Origin: a virus
Strand: one strand, 5' to 3'
Virus record (IMG/VR): IMGVR_UViG_3300017708_002392
Location: 5,943-69,942 of that record
Length of the DNA stretch: 64,000 nt
Below, one piece after another: positions 47,673-57,509 of the stretch; position 1 is the stretch's first letter; each line of letters opens with the position of its first letter. The notes under the pieces are model-generated. The model had not been told where the DNA came from, ran no database searches, and saw only the letters and a list, made by a program, of their open reading frames with translations. The position numbers were made by a program, and so were the translations under genes.

Positions 47673-50600
47673 ATGGCATTAACATCACCAGGAGTAGAGG
47701 TATCCGTAGTAGACGAAAGTTTTTACGTCCCCGGTATACCAGGAGCAGTACCACTAGTTGTGGTTGCAACTGCTCAAGACAAAACATCAGGAACAGGTAG
47801 CGGCACAGCATCTGGTACACTGAGCACTAACGCAAACGAAATATTTTTGATATCGTCACAGAGAGAATTAACTCAAACGTTTGGCGATCCAACATTTTAC
47901 ACAGACGCATCAGGAACACCTATACAAGGTTATGAACTGAATGAATACGGCCTCCAAGCGGCTTACTCCTTCCTTGGAATTGCCAACAGAGCGTTTGTGA
48001 TCAGAGCAAACATTAACACTTCAGAATTAACTGGATCAGCAGATGCACCTGGTGGCAGACCTGATGATGGTTTTTATTGGTTAGACCTAGCAAGTACAAA
48101 CTGGGGAATCAAAGAATGGAGTGAATCAACACAATCATTTACATCAAAACAACCAATCTTTATCACATCAACTGATGATGTCACTGGTTCACCTCCGGCG
48201 CCTATTGCGGCAAAAGGATCAATTGGTGATTATGCGATTGTGGCAACAAATCCTTTCAATAGATTATTTTATAAAACAAGATCAAACACTTGGGTAAGAG
48301 TTGGATCAGCTGATTCAGCTACAAAAGATGCATCATGGTCATCAGCACACCCAATAGTGACAGGAACAGCAACGAATCCGACAATAACAAATTCAGAATC
48401 AGTTACCATTAATGGAAGCACAGTATCGTCACTAGGTACTACTGTGGCAACGTTTGCAACAGCAATTAACAACGAAGGCATTGAAGGTGTAAAAGCGGCA
48501 GCTGTTGATGGAAAACTAGAAATATATGCAATCCCAGTAGCGTCAGGTGGAGACTCATCAACTTTGGCAGTAGGTGCCGTAGAATTAGATGAAGCGTCAG
48601 GAACACCTTTTGCAGATGCCGGAATAGCAGTAGGCACAGCAAACAGATTGTTTCCACCAAAAGTTTTCATAGGAACACACACTGAAGACTTTGGTTTTAG
48701 ATCAGGAGATACTAGATCAAGACCAAGTGGATCTGTTTGGATTCAACAAACAGCACCAAACAGCGGAGCAACGATATCAGTCAAAAAATATTCAGAAACT
48801 TCTGGACAATTTGAATCAGTAAATGCTCCTGTGTTTAAAACACATGAACAGGCATTACAGCAACTTGATAAAGCAGGTGGCGGTTCAAACCTTACAGTAA
48901 ATGATGTAATGGTACAAGTGAATACTACTGAACATGAATGGGGTGATTCAACTAGAGATTCAGGTGAATTAATAGATTATGTTTTATTTAGAAGAGCAGT
49001 TGGTGTTGGTTCAAACACAAATATTGTTTCAAATAAAATTACAACAAAATCATCGGCAATCACAGGCACTGGTACTGTGCGTATGGCAGAGACTATGGTC
49101 AACAATGCTACACAAACAAACAGTCTTTCAAATTTATTAAATGAAAAAACTGTAACTGTAAGTGGCACAGATGCAGATGATGTGGTAGCAGGAATAGCTG
49201 CGGCAGGATTTAAACATGTGTCTGCATCATATGACGCAACCACAAAAAGAATCACTGTATCCCATGACAAAGGTGGAAACATCTACTTCACAGATACTTC
49301 CAGCAATCCAATGGGGGACTTAGGATTTAATGCTACATTTGCCAACACATACGGTGACAACACAAGTCTAAGTGCAGAGAAAATTGCAAACTTATACACA
49401 GCACCAGCTGGTGACAAAGATGATTATTCAACAATCATAAGTGGTGATGGATTTGACTTTGTGGCATCTAACTGGCAACCAGTACAAAACACACCAGATT
49501 CAGGAACTACTTACACAGCAATTCAGAGTGTGAATGAGCCATCAAAAGATCCTGCTAACAATCAACTTTGGTATAACACAACTGTTGATGAAGTAGATAT
49601 TTTAATACATGATGGATCAGCATGGACAGGATACCAAAATGTATCATCAGATGCTAGAGGATTCAATCTAGCAAATACAGATCCAAAAGGACCACAAATT
49701 GTTGCAACTGAACCAACTACACAGTCAGATGGTACAGCATTAGTAGACGGAGACCTTTGGTTGAATACATCAGATCTTGAAAACTATCCAAAACTTTACA
49801 GATATGATTCATCACAAGACAATGGACAAGAGTGGGTACTAATTGACAACACAGACCAATCAGGACAGGACGGAATATTGTTTGCAGACTTTAGATTCCA
49901 CACAGATGCAACAAAAGATGTAGTTACTGAAGAGTCTTTGATTACTGACTTGTTAACATCAACTTACCTTGATATTGATGCACCAGAATCTGCTTTATAT
50001 CCAAAAGGAATGTTAGGGTTCAACCTAAGACGTTCTGGATACAATGTTGCTAGATTCAAAAAAGATTACTTCACAAGAACTAACTTTACAAGCGTGGTAA
50101 CATATCCAACTCTACCTACAGAAAAGGATGCATGGGTATCTGAATCACCATTAAGAACAAATGGTGCACCAAACATGGGTAGAAAGGCACAGAGAGCAGT
50201 TGTTGTAGAAGCAATGAAATCATCAGTAGCATCTACCACAGCACTAAGAGAAGAACAAAGAGAATTTAACTTGTTGGCAGCTCCAGGCTACCCAGAGTTA
50301 ATTTCAGACTTAGAAACTCTTAATGCTGATAGAAAAGACACAGCATTTGTTGTTGGAGACACTCCATTGAGATTAGAAGCAACTTCAACTGCGGTAACAA
50401 ACTATGCAAACAACACAGCAGGTGCGGCAGACAACGGAGAAGATGGACTGTTAACTACAGATTCATTCACTGGTGTTTATTATCCTTCAGGATTTACAAC
50501 TGCTAACAGCGGTGAATCAGTTGTTGTTCCGGCTTCACACATGATGTTGAGAACGATTGCATTTAATGACCAAGTGGCATTTCCATGGTTTGCACCAGCA

Positions 50601-51116
50601 GGTGTTAGACGTGGTAAAGTTGATAACGCTTCTTCAGTTGGATTTATTAATTCAGAAGGTGAGTTTGAAACAACACAAGTGTCAAGTGGATTAAGAGATT
50701 CACTTTACAGTGTAAACATTAACCCAATATCATTTGTGACAGGTGCAGGACTTACTGTATTTGGACAAAAAACAAGACAACTTACTGCATCAGCACTTGA
50801 CAGAGTCAATGTTGCTAGACTAGTTGCATTTGTAAGATTGAACTTAGATAAAATTGCAAGACCATTTATCTTTGAACCAAATGATACACTTACTAGAAAT
50901 GAAATCAAACAATCAGTCGAATCATTCTTATTAGAATTAACTTCACAGAGAGCATTGTTTGACTTTGCTGTTGTGTGTGATGAAACAAACAACACGCCAG
51001 CAAGAATAGATAAAAATGAATTGTATGTTGATGTAGCCATAGAGCCAGTCAAAGCAGTTGAGTTTATCTTCATTCCAGTAAGGTTGAAAAACACAGGAGA
51101 AATTGGCGCCCTTTAG
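47673..51116 (+). CDS. gp18: tail sheath protein (enlarged)
   Basis: MAL.SPGVEV, FG.P, PWFAPAG.RRG, INPI, FGQKT, LDRVNVARL, FIFEPND, NNTPARID.NEL.V...I.P.KAVEFI. Confidence 0.96.
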   Translation: MALTSPGVEVSVVDESFYVPGIPGAVPLVVVATAQDKTSGTGSGTASGTLSTNANEIFLISSQRELTQTFGDPTFYTDASGTPIQGYELNEYGLQAAYSFLGIANRAFVIRANINTSELTGSADAPGGRPDDGFYWLDLASTNWGIKEWSESTQSFTSKQPIFITSTDDVTGSPPAPIAAKGSIGDYAIVATNPFNRLFYKTRSNTWVRVGSADSATKDASWSSAHPIVTGTATNPTITNSESVTINGSTVSSLGTTVATFATAINNEGIEGVKAAAVDGKLEIYAIPVASGGDSSTLAVGAVELDEASGTPFADAGIAVGTANRLFPPKVFIGTHTEDFGFRSGDTRSRPSGSVWIQQTAPNSGATISVKKYSETSGQFESVNAPVFKTHEQALQQLDKAGGGSNLTVNDVMVQVNTTEHEWGDSTRDSGELIDYVLFRRAVGVGSNTNIVSNKITTKSSAITGTGTVRMAETMVNNATQTNSLSNLLNEKTVTVSGTDADDVVAGIAAAGFKHVSASYDATTKRITVSHDKGGNIYFTDTSSNPMGDLGFNATFANTYGDNTSLSAEKIANLYTAPAGDKDDYSTIISGDGFDFVASNWQPVQNTPDSGTTYTAIQSVNEPSKDPANNQLWYNTTVDEVDILIHDGSAWTGYQNVSSDARGFNLANTDPKGPQIVATEPTTQSDGTALVDGDLWLNTSDLENYPKLYRYDSSQDNGQEWVLIDNTDQSGQDGILFADFRFHTDATKDVVTEESLITDLLTSTYLDIDAPESALYPKGMLGFNLRRSGYNVARFKKDYFTRTNFTSVVTYPTLPTEKDAWVSESPLRTNGAPNMGRKAQRAVVVEAMKSSVASTTALREEQREFNLLAAPGYPELISDLETLNADRKDTAFVVGDTPLRLEATSTAVTNYANNTAGAADNGEDGLLTTDSFTGVYYPSGFTTANSGESVVVPASHMMLRTIAFNDQVAFPWFAPAGVRRGKVDNASSVGFINSEGEFETTQVSSGLRDSLYSVNINPISFVTGAGLTVFGQKTRQLTASALDRVNVARLVAFVRLNLDKIARPFIFEPNDTLTRNEIKQSVESFLLELTSQRALFDFAVVCDETNNTPARIDKNELYVDVAIEPVKAVEFIFIPVRLKNTGEIGAL

Positions 51117-51175
51117 AAAGGCGTAACAAGAATAATACTATAGAGCATAGTAAATACAATTAGGAGAAAAACAAA

Positions 51176-51796
51176 ATGGCAATATCAACACTTTCAAAGT
51201 TTACAGTACCTTTAGCAAGTAACCAGTCTTCAAGTTCACAAGGCTTGTTAATGCCAAAATTACAATATCGCTTTAGAGTGATACTTGAAGGATTTGGTGT
51301 GTCAACTCCTAGATCAGAACTTACTAAGCAAGTTGTAGATGTTACAAGACCTAACATTACTTTTGACCAAATCACACTTGATGTTTACAACTCAAGAGTG
51401 TACATGGCAGGTAAACATACTTGGGATCCAATTACTCTTAATGTAAGAGATGATGTCAACAATGAAGTTACTAAACTTGTTGGTGAGCAATTACAGAAAC
51501 AGTTTGATTTCTTTGAGCAATCATCTGCCGCTTCTGGAATTGATTACAAATTCACAGGTAGAATAGAAATGCTTGACGGTGGTAACGGTGCCGACGCAGT
51601 AAATGTCTTAGAAACTTATGAATTATATGGTTGTTACTTAGACAACGTTCAATACGGAACAATGGCATATGCTACTTCAGAGCCTGTACAGATTACAATG
51701 TCAATCAGATATGACAATGCAATCCAAACTCCAAGAGGATCAGGCGTAGGAGCAGACGTAGCTAGAACCATTGGAACTGCTGTTACTGGCGGTTAA
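51176..51796 (+). CDS. gp19: tail tube protein
   Basis: LMPKLQYRFRV, AGKHTW.PIT..VRDD, Y..SEPVQI..SIRYDNA; follows the sheath gene. Confidence 0.9.
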   Translation: MAISTLSKFTVPLASNQSSSSQGLLMPKLQYRFRVILEGFGVSTPRSELTKQVVDVTRPNITFDQITLDVYNSRVYMAGKHTWDPITLNVRDDVNNEVTKLVGEQLQKQFDFFEQSSAASGIDYKFTGRIEMLDGGNGADAVNVLETYELYGCYLDNVQYGTMAYATSEPVQITMSIRYDNAIQTPRGSGVGADVARTIGTAVTGG

Positions 51797-51832
51797 TAAA
51801 CCACCCACATCTTAAGTCAATAAATATCTTAT

Positions 51833-53287
51833 ATGAACTTTAGACAGTTATTTCTTGACCAATTAGTCAACGGTGATACCATGAAGGATTACAAACATGC
51901 GGCTCGCTTGTACCTTGATGAAGCATTCAGACTGTCACCAAAAAATAGATTCTTATATCATGTGGTATTCAACATCAATCCTTTAGCTGCAGGCAACATG
52001 CTCAACAGAGCAAAAGGAGAACAGATTGAACTAGGTATGCTTGTTAAAAGTGTTGATTTGCCTGCTTATCAGTTTAATGTTGAAATGAAAAATCAATACA
52101 ACTACAAAAACTATGTGCAAACAGGAATCACTTATGAGCCAGTGACAATGACTCTTCATGATGATATGGGTGATGTTGCAACAGCATTTTTTAAATCATA
52201 TTACCAACATTATATGACAGATACTCTACACCAACAAGGTGAATACAACTCCATTAAGTTTGACAACAAGAATACACCCGAGCCTGCCGCAGGCAGATGG
52301 GGCATGGACAACGGCGAGAACGAAAGATTTTTGAATTCTATCTCAATCTTTCAATTGCATAGACAGAGATTTACAGAATTTAGATTGATGAATCCAATCA
52401 TAAACGATTACAGAAATGGTTCAATGGATCAGGCTGATGGCGGAGGAGTAAGTGAACAATCATTCTCTGTGTCTTATTCTGGTGTGCTAATTGAAGCAGG
52501 TGCAGTCCGTAGAGATAACCCACAGGGGTTTGCAGTGTTACATTACGATCGTTCACCCTCACCTATCAGACCACTAGGTGGCGGCACTGATTCTATATTT
52601 GGGCGTGGTGGTGTCCTAGCAGGAATATCCACAGCATTTGGATTGGCCAAGTCAGGCAATTTTCTTGGTGCATTATTATCTGGAGTCACCACATACAAAA
52701 CTATCAAACGTGGCAAGGCAACCCGAGGTATCAAGGAAGAAATATTCGGACTTGCTGGTACTTTTTTAACCGGAGCTGTAAACAATCTGGGAGCAACTAG
52801 TAGACCAGGAGTACAGTTTCCAAAAGATACAAGAAAAAGAAGACGCACAGCATTACCTATTGATTCTCAATTGAACAATGTTATCAAACAAAATACAACA
52901 CAAAAAACAGATAAAGAAATATTCTTAGCAGGAAATCAAGTGGCTGATTATTTGTCTTTGGATGACAATGCCAAATTAAAATTTGCAAAATTCGAAACAT
53001 TTAGACGTGACATTAATGTCGATGTGTCGTCTATAGATTCTGAATGGAATAAACTTTCAACAAAACAACAAAATGATTATCTAGCATCAACACCATCAGA
53101 AGCAAAAAAACTTGTCAAAGATGGATTGTTAGTGTACAAAGTATCTAAACAAAAATACAATGCTGTGATATCACAACAGGGAATTTCAGATACAACGAAA
53201 ACTTTAAGTGCAACTAATTCAACTAGTTCAACTTCTACTTCAAGTTCAAGTTCTAGTTCTAGTTCTAGTGGAAGTGGAGGATACTAA
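51833..53287 (+). CDS. tube-like baseplate/tail-tube initiator (gp54/gp48-like)
   Basis: VKSVDLP...NQYN...QTGITYEPVTMTLHDD tube-family motif; Ser-rich C-terminal tail. Confidence 0.65.
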   Translation: MNFRQLFLDQLVNGDTMKDYKHAARLYLDEAFRLSPKNRFLYHVVFNINPLAAGNMLNRAKGEQIELGMLVKSVDLPAYQFNVEMKNQYNYKNYVQTGITYEPVTMTLHDDMGDVATAFFKSYYQHYMTDTLHQQGEYNSIKFDNKNTPEPAAGRWGMDNGENERFLNSISIFQLHRQRFTEFRLMNPIINDYRNGSMDQADGGGVSEQSFSVSYSGVLIEAGAVRRDNPQGFAVLHYDRSPSPIRPLGGGTDSIFGRGGVLAGISTAFGLAKSGNFLGALLSGVTTYKTIKRGKATRGIKEEIFGLAGTFLTGAVNNLGATSRPGVQFPKDTRKRRRTALPIDSQLNNVIKQNTTQKTDKEIFLAGNQVADYLSLDDNAKLKFAKFETFRRDINVDVSSIDSEWNKLSTKQQNDYLASTPSEAKKLVKDGLLVYKVSKQKYNAVISQQGISDTTKTLSATNSTSSTSTSSSSSSSSSSGSGGY

Positions 53288-53715
53288 TGGCATATAGACC
53301 AGCAACACCCGGAGGCTCATCATCGGGCACAGCGGCAAAATCCTTAAGTAATTTAGGTATATCGAAAGCAACAGGCACAGAAGCCACTGTTCAATTTTTA
53401 TCTGGAATAGGAGAAGAAAAAGTTGAACTTAATGCAGGAGAATATGATGCGGCTGTGGCATTTTTTGAAAACAGAGATTACGATAGATTAGCGTCGGAGT
53501 CAATTGCATATGTATTAATGCGTCAAGCAAAAGTAGATGATGTAAATGTATTCAAAATATTAGATACTCTTGAAGCACAAGCAAGTAAAGATCCAGTTAC
53601 TCTCAACAATCTTGTTGGAGAAATATTAAACCTTAACAGATTCAAAACATCAATTCTCGGATTCAAATCTGCTGGCCCACAAAACACATTAGCAAAAAGA
53701 AACATCAAGGCATAA
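53287..53715 (+). CDS. conserved hypothetical virion-region protein
   Basis: 142 aa; ILNLNR.KTS.LG motif; TAATG-coupled to the upstream gene. Confidence 0.75.
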   Translation: MAYRPATPGGSSSGTAAKSLSNLGISKATGTEATVQFLSGIGEEKVELNAGEYDAAVAFFENRDYDRLASESIAYVLMRQAKVDDVNVFKILDTLEAQASKDPVTLNNLVGEILNLNRFKTSILGFKSAGPQNTLAKRNIKA

Positions 53716-53718
53716 TGT

Positions 53719-54141
53719 ATGGCACGTTGGGCACAAGGATTATATCAGCCTAAACATGTTGACAAATATATAGGAAAGAAAACTCCTAGATATAGATCAT
53801 CATGGGAATGGGCCTTTATGAATTTTTGTGATAATAATCCTTCAGTAATGCAATGGGCATCGGAATCAATTCAAATACCTTATAGACATCCACTTACAGG
53901 TAAGAACACAATTTATGTTCCTGATTTTTTTATTGTGTATAACAGTAAAAACAAAAAAAGAATTGCTGAATTGATTGAAGTCAAACCTAACAATCAAGCA
54001 AAGTTAGAAAATATTGGAAAGAATGTACAAAATCAAGCGGCATATATTGTGAACAAAGCCAAATGGGAAGCCGCAGGCAAGTGGTGCAAACACAAAGGCA
54101 TTCGTTTCCGCATACTGACCGAGAGCGATATCTTTAAATAG
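53719..54141 (+). CDS. gp4: head completion nuclease
   Basis: YRSSWE..FM.FCD.NP.V..WASE, YVPDF, IEVKP, KWEAA..WC...G..F..LTE. Confidence 0.92.
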   Translation: MARWAQGLYQPKHVDKYIGKKTPRYRSSWEWAFMNFCDNNPSVMQWASESIQIPYRHPLTGKNTIYVPDFFIVYNSKNKKRIAELIEVKPNNQAKLENIGKNVQNQAAYIVNKAKWEAAGKWCKHKGIRFRILTESDIFK

Positions 54142-54145
54142 ACAG

Positions 54146-54661
54146 ATGACGAAAAAACTTGAAGAAATATTTGACCTTGAACAAGACAGTACATCTCAAA
54201 CGGCAGATGATATGCGAGAATCGTTAGAAGTTGAACAAGCCGAAAAAGACAACGCCGAAGCAGACATAATGATCAGAGAAAAAGTAGCAGTTGATAAGAT
54301 CGACGCCGCACTTCCACAGGTCGGTGGGTTGGAAGATGACAAAGAGATTGATGAGTATGCACAAGAATCCTTTCAAGCATATAAAGATTTAATGGACCTG
54401 GGCATGAATATTGAACCTAGACTGGCAGGACGTATCATGGAAGTTGCTTCCAGCATGATGAATAATGCTATCACGGCAAAAAATTCGAAAATTGACAAAA
54501 AATTAAAAATGATTGAACTACAACTGAAAAAAGAGAAGTTAGATCAAGGAAAACCCGAAGAAGAAGTTGTTTCTGGCACAGGATCAGTGGTTGCAGACCG
54601 TAACGAACTGATAAAACAGATTCTAGCGAACAAACCTCAAGATGACAAGGAAGATAAATAA
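54146..54661 (+). CDS. putative terminase small subunit
   Basis: MTKKLEEIFDL...AYKDLMDLGMN...IMEVA...KLKMIELQLKK...DRNEL; helical and close to the large terminase. Confidence 0.6.
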   Translation: MTKKLEEIFDLEQDSTSQTADDMRESLEVEQAEKDNAEADIMIREKVAVDKIDAALPQVGGLEDDKEIDEYAQESFQAYKDLMDLGMNIEPRLAGRIMEVASSMMNNAITAKNSKIDKKLKMIELQLKKEKLDQGKPEEEVVSGTGSVVADRNELIKQILANKPQDDKEDK

Positions 54662-54667
54662 TATAGT

Positions 54668-55261
54668 ATGAAAACATTCAGAGAACTATTAGCCGAATCA
54701 ACTAAAACTTATGCAGTCCGTGTAAAGATTGCAGGTGACTTGCCAGAAGCATTTGAGAAAAAATTTAAAGACTACATGACAAAGTATGAAGTGGTTGAAT
54801 TCAAGAAGGTTGGTAGCACGCCAGTTCAAGAACACCCACATGAATTTCCAAGAATAAAAAATAAAGAAGTAGCAATATTTGATGTTGAAACATCTTATCC
54901 TATTTCATTTCCGCAACTTGAAGGTGTACTTGCTGAACATTTTGGAGTATCAGCTGATCACATAAGAGTTAAACATCCTGCAGACGTAACAGAAATTATG
55001 CCTGACGATGAAGGCGAGTATGAGTCAAAATTAATGGATGGTGAATACAAAGATTCACCAAAAACAGAGCCAACTTTTGGAGATGAGTACAACATGAGTC
55101 TGTTTAAAGAATTAATGAAGGATCGCTCAGAACAATCTGCAACACAAGAAGCAGGCAAACTGGTAAGCATGGGTGACGAGCAAGGCGAAACCATGTTTAA
55201 ACGTACAGATGCTAATCCAGATGGCGTACAAGCTGGATCACTTACAAGACACTCCAAATAA
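54668..55261 (+). CDS. putative internal head protein
   Basis: MKTFRELLAE resembles the T4 capsid-targeting sequence; late promoter. Confidence 0.65.
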   Translation: MKTFRELLAESTKTYAVRVKIAGDLPEAFEKKFKDYMTKYEVVEFKKVGSTPVQEHPHEFPRIKNKEVAIFDVETSYPISFPQLEGVLAEHFGVSADHIRVKHPADVTEIMPDDEGEYESKLMDGEYKDSPKTEPTFGDEYNMSLFKELMKDRSEQSATQEAGKLVSMGDEQGETMFKRTDANPDGVQAGSLTRHSK

Positions 55262-55279
55262 TCCACAGTAAATAGTTGT

Positions 55280-56860
55280 ATGGGACAAAGTTTACAAGGT
55301 AATCTCACCAAAAAAGCACACACAAAACAAAAGTATACTGAACAAAACATTCTTGAGTTAAACAAGTGTATCGATCCTAAATCAGGTCCATTATATTTCT
55401 TGCAAAACTACTGTATGATTCAACATCCTACCAAAGGTTCTATGAAATTTGAAATGTTTGAGTATCAAAAAGGATTAGTAAACACATATCATGACAATAG
55501 ATTTGCTATTGCCATGTTACCGCGACAAACTGGTAAGACAACATGTGCGGCCGCTTATCTAATATGGTATGCTATGTTTGTGCCAGACTCACAAATACTG
55601 ATTGCGGCACATAAATTCACAGGTGCACAGGATATTATGAATAGAGTAAGATTTGTTTATGAAAATTTGCCTGACTTTCTACGTGCTGGAGCATATTCTT
55701 ATAACAGAAACACACTAGAATTTGATAATGGCAGTAGAATAAAAGCAACCACAACAACAGAAAATACTGGTAGGGGTATGTCATTGTCTTTGATATATTG
55801 CGATGAGTTTGCATTTGTGCAACCTCCACAAAAGGCCAAAGAGTTCTGGACTTCATTAGCACCTACATTAGCAACAGGCGGTAAATGTATCATCACATCA
55901 ACGCCAAACTCGGATGAGGACCAATTTGCCCTTATATGGAAAGAAGCAAACAAAAAACTAGATGACTATGGAAATGAATTGCCTGTGGGCAGGAACGGAT
56001 TTGCCGCATTCAAGGCAAGTTGGAGAGAACACCCTGACAGGACAGAAAAATGGGCAAAAGAAGAACGTGCAAGAATAGGCGAAGAAAGATTTAGGCGTGA
56101 GCATGATTGCGAATTCTTAATTTATGACGAAACACTTATCAAACCAACAAAATTAGCAGACCTAGAAGGAATAGATCCTATTTCACGTCATGGTCATGTA
56201 CGTTGGTATGCCAAAGTTAAAAAAGGTTGTGCTTATATTGTGTCTTTAGATCCTAGTTTAGGCACAGGAGGAGATTTTGGTGCAATACAGGTATATGAAT
56301 TACCTACTATGACACAAGTTGCTGAATGGCAACACAATAATACACCAATCCAAGGACAGATCCGTATCATGAAACAGATGATAGATCAGATTGCTGAAGA
56401 TTTAAAACAGTTTGGTGTGTCTCAACCTGAAATTTATTATTCTATAGAAAACAACACCATAGGAGAAGCAGGATTAATTGCCATTTCTGACATAGGTGAA
56501 GAAAATATACCAGGACAAATGCTGTCCGAGACAGCAAAAAAAGGACATGTACGCAGATTTCGAAAGGGTTACAACACAACACACAATTCAAAAATGAGTG
56601 CCTGTGCAAAATTTAAACAGATGCTGGAAGGTGATTCAATGAAGATACAATCCAAGAATCTTGTGTCAGAATTAAAGAATTTTGTTGCATCCGGCAACTC
56701 ATACAAGGCAAAACCAGGCGAACATGACGATTTAGTCATGTCTACACTACTAGCTGTGCGTATGGCAAGCACAGTATCTGCATGGGATCAGAAGCTTTTT
56801 GAAAGATTACGTGATTCTGAAGAAGAAATAGTGATGCCTATGCCTATTATCATCACATAA
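55280..56860 (+). CDS. gp17: terminase large subunit
   Basis: PRQTGKTT, IYCDEFAF, ITSTPN, FRREHDCEF, LDPSLGTGGD, IENN and HDDLVM; no intein. Confidence 0.97.
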   Translation: MGQSLQGNLTKKAHTKQKYTEQNILELNKCIDPKSGPLYFLQNYCMIQHPTKGSMKFEMFEYQKGLVNTYHDNRFAIAMLPRQTGKTTCAAAYLIWYAMFVPDSQILIAAHKFTGAQDIMNRVRFVYENLPDFLRAGAYSYNRNTLEFDNGSRIKATTTTENTGRGMSLSLIYCDEFAFVQPPQKAKEFWTSLAPTLATGGKCIITSTPNSDEDQFALIWKEANKKLDDYGNELPVGRNGFAAFKASWREHPDRTEKWAKEERARIGEERFRREHDCEFLIYDETLIKPTKLADLEGIDPISRHGHVRWYAKVKKGCAYIVSLDPSLGTGGDFGAIQVYELPTMTQVAEWQHNNTPIQGQIRIMKQMIDQIAEDLKQFGVSQPEIYYSIENNTIGEAGLIAISDIGEENIPGQMLSETAKKGHVRRFRKGYNTTHNSKMSACAKFKQMLEGDSMKIQSKNLVSELKNFVASGNSYKAKPGEHDDLVMSTLLAVRMASTVSAWDQKLFERLRDSEEEIVMPMPIIIT

Positions 56861-56881
56861 ATTCGTATAAATACGTATATA

Positions 56882-57265
56882 ATGGCAAACCAATTAAAAG
56901 TTTCTGACAACACATCTATCTCTATGCCGATGCGTAATTTGATAAGCATTGTAATCGCAGTAGGAATGGGAGTGTGGGCATATTTTGGCGTGGTGGAAAG
57001 ACTCAACAAAATTGAAACAGAACTACAATTAATGCAACAAGATTTATCAGCCGCTACAGAATTTATTGCAGGTGTGCCAAAAGGTGATATGGTATCACCA
57101 CAAATACAAGAACTGTTTATGCTCGTAGAGTTTTTAGGCGGTAATGTAGACAAGCTGAAAGCACAAATGGAAGAAGAAATTCCAATGATTCAAAAGAATG
57201 ATATGGTCATTCAGTTCCATGAAGAAAGATTAATTGATTTAGAAGAGAAAAACGGGTCACACTAA
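56882..57265 (+). CDS. membrane-anchored coiled-coil hypothetical protein
   Basis: N-terminal TM helix; TATAAATA late promoter. Confidence 0.7.
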   Translation: MANQLKVSDNTSISMPMRNLISIVIAVGMGVWAYFGVVERLNKIETELQLMQQDLSAATEFIAGVPKGDMVSPQIQELFMLVEFLGGNVDKLKAQMEEEIPMIQKNDMVIQFHEERLIDLEEKNGSH

Positions 57266-57495
57266 TGATAGAATTAGTATTTGCCATGCTTATGATACAA
57301 AATGGCAACACAATAGAATATGTGCCTACTGATGGCATGACCGATTGCCTACAACAAAAGAGAGTTGTGGCAAGATCGATAGGTGAAGACCAAGAAGGCA
57401 TATACCTACAATGCACACAACTAAAAGCGGAATTGTATGAAGATTGTGTAGGCGATACTTGTAGATTAAAGATTAAGAAGATCATCGAAGATTAA
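57265..57495 (+). CDS. small Cys-containing secreted/membrane hypothetical protein
   Basis: TAATG-coupled; hydrophobic N-terminus; 4 Cys. Confidence 0.65.
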   Translation: MIELVFAMLMIQNGNTIEYVPTDGMTDCLQQKRVVARSIGEDQEGIYLQCTQLKAELYEDCVGDTCRLKIKKIIED

Positions 57496-57509
57496 CAATA
57501 AATATAGTC

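Noticed and set aside
53719-54141. TnsA-like nuclease as evidence of a Tn7-like transposon
   Set aside because: Motifs and context match the T4 gp4 head completion protein; no tnsB or tnsC.
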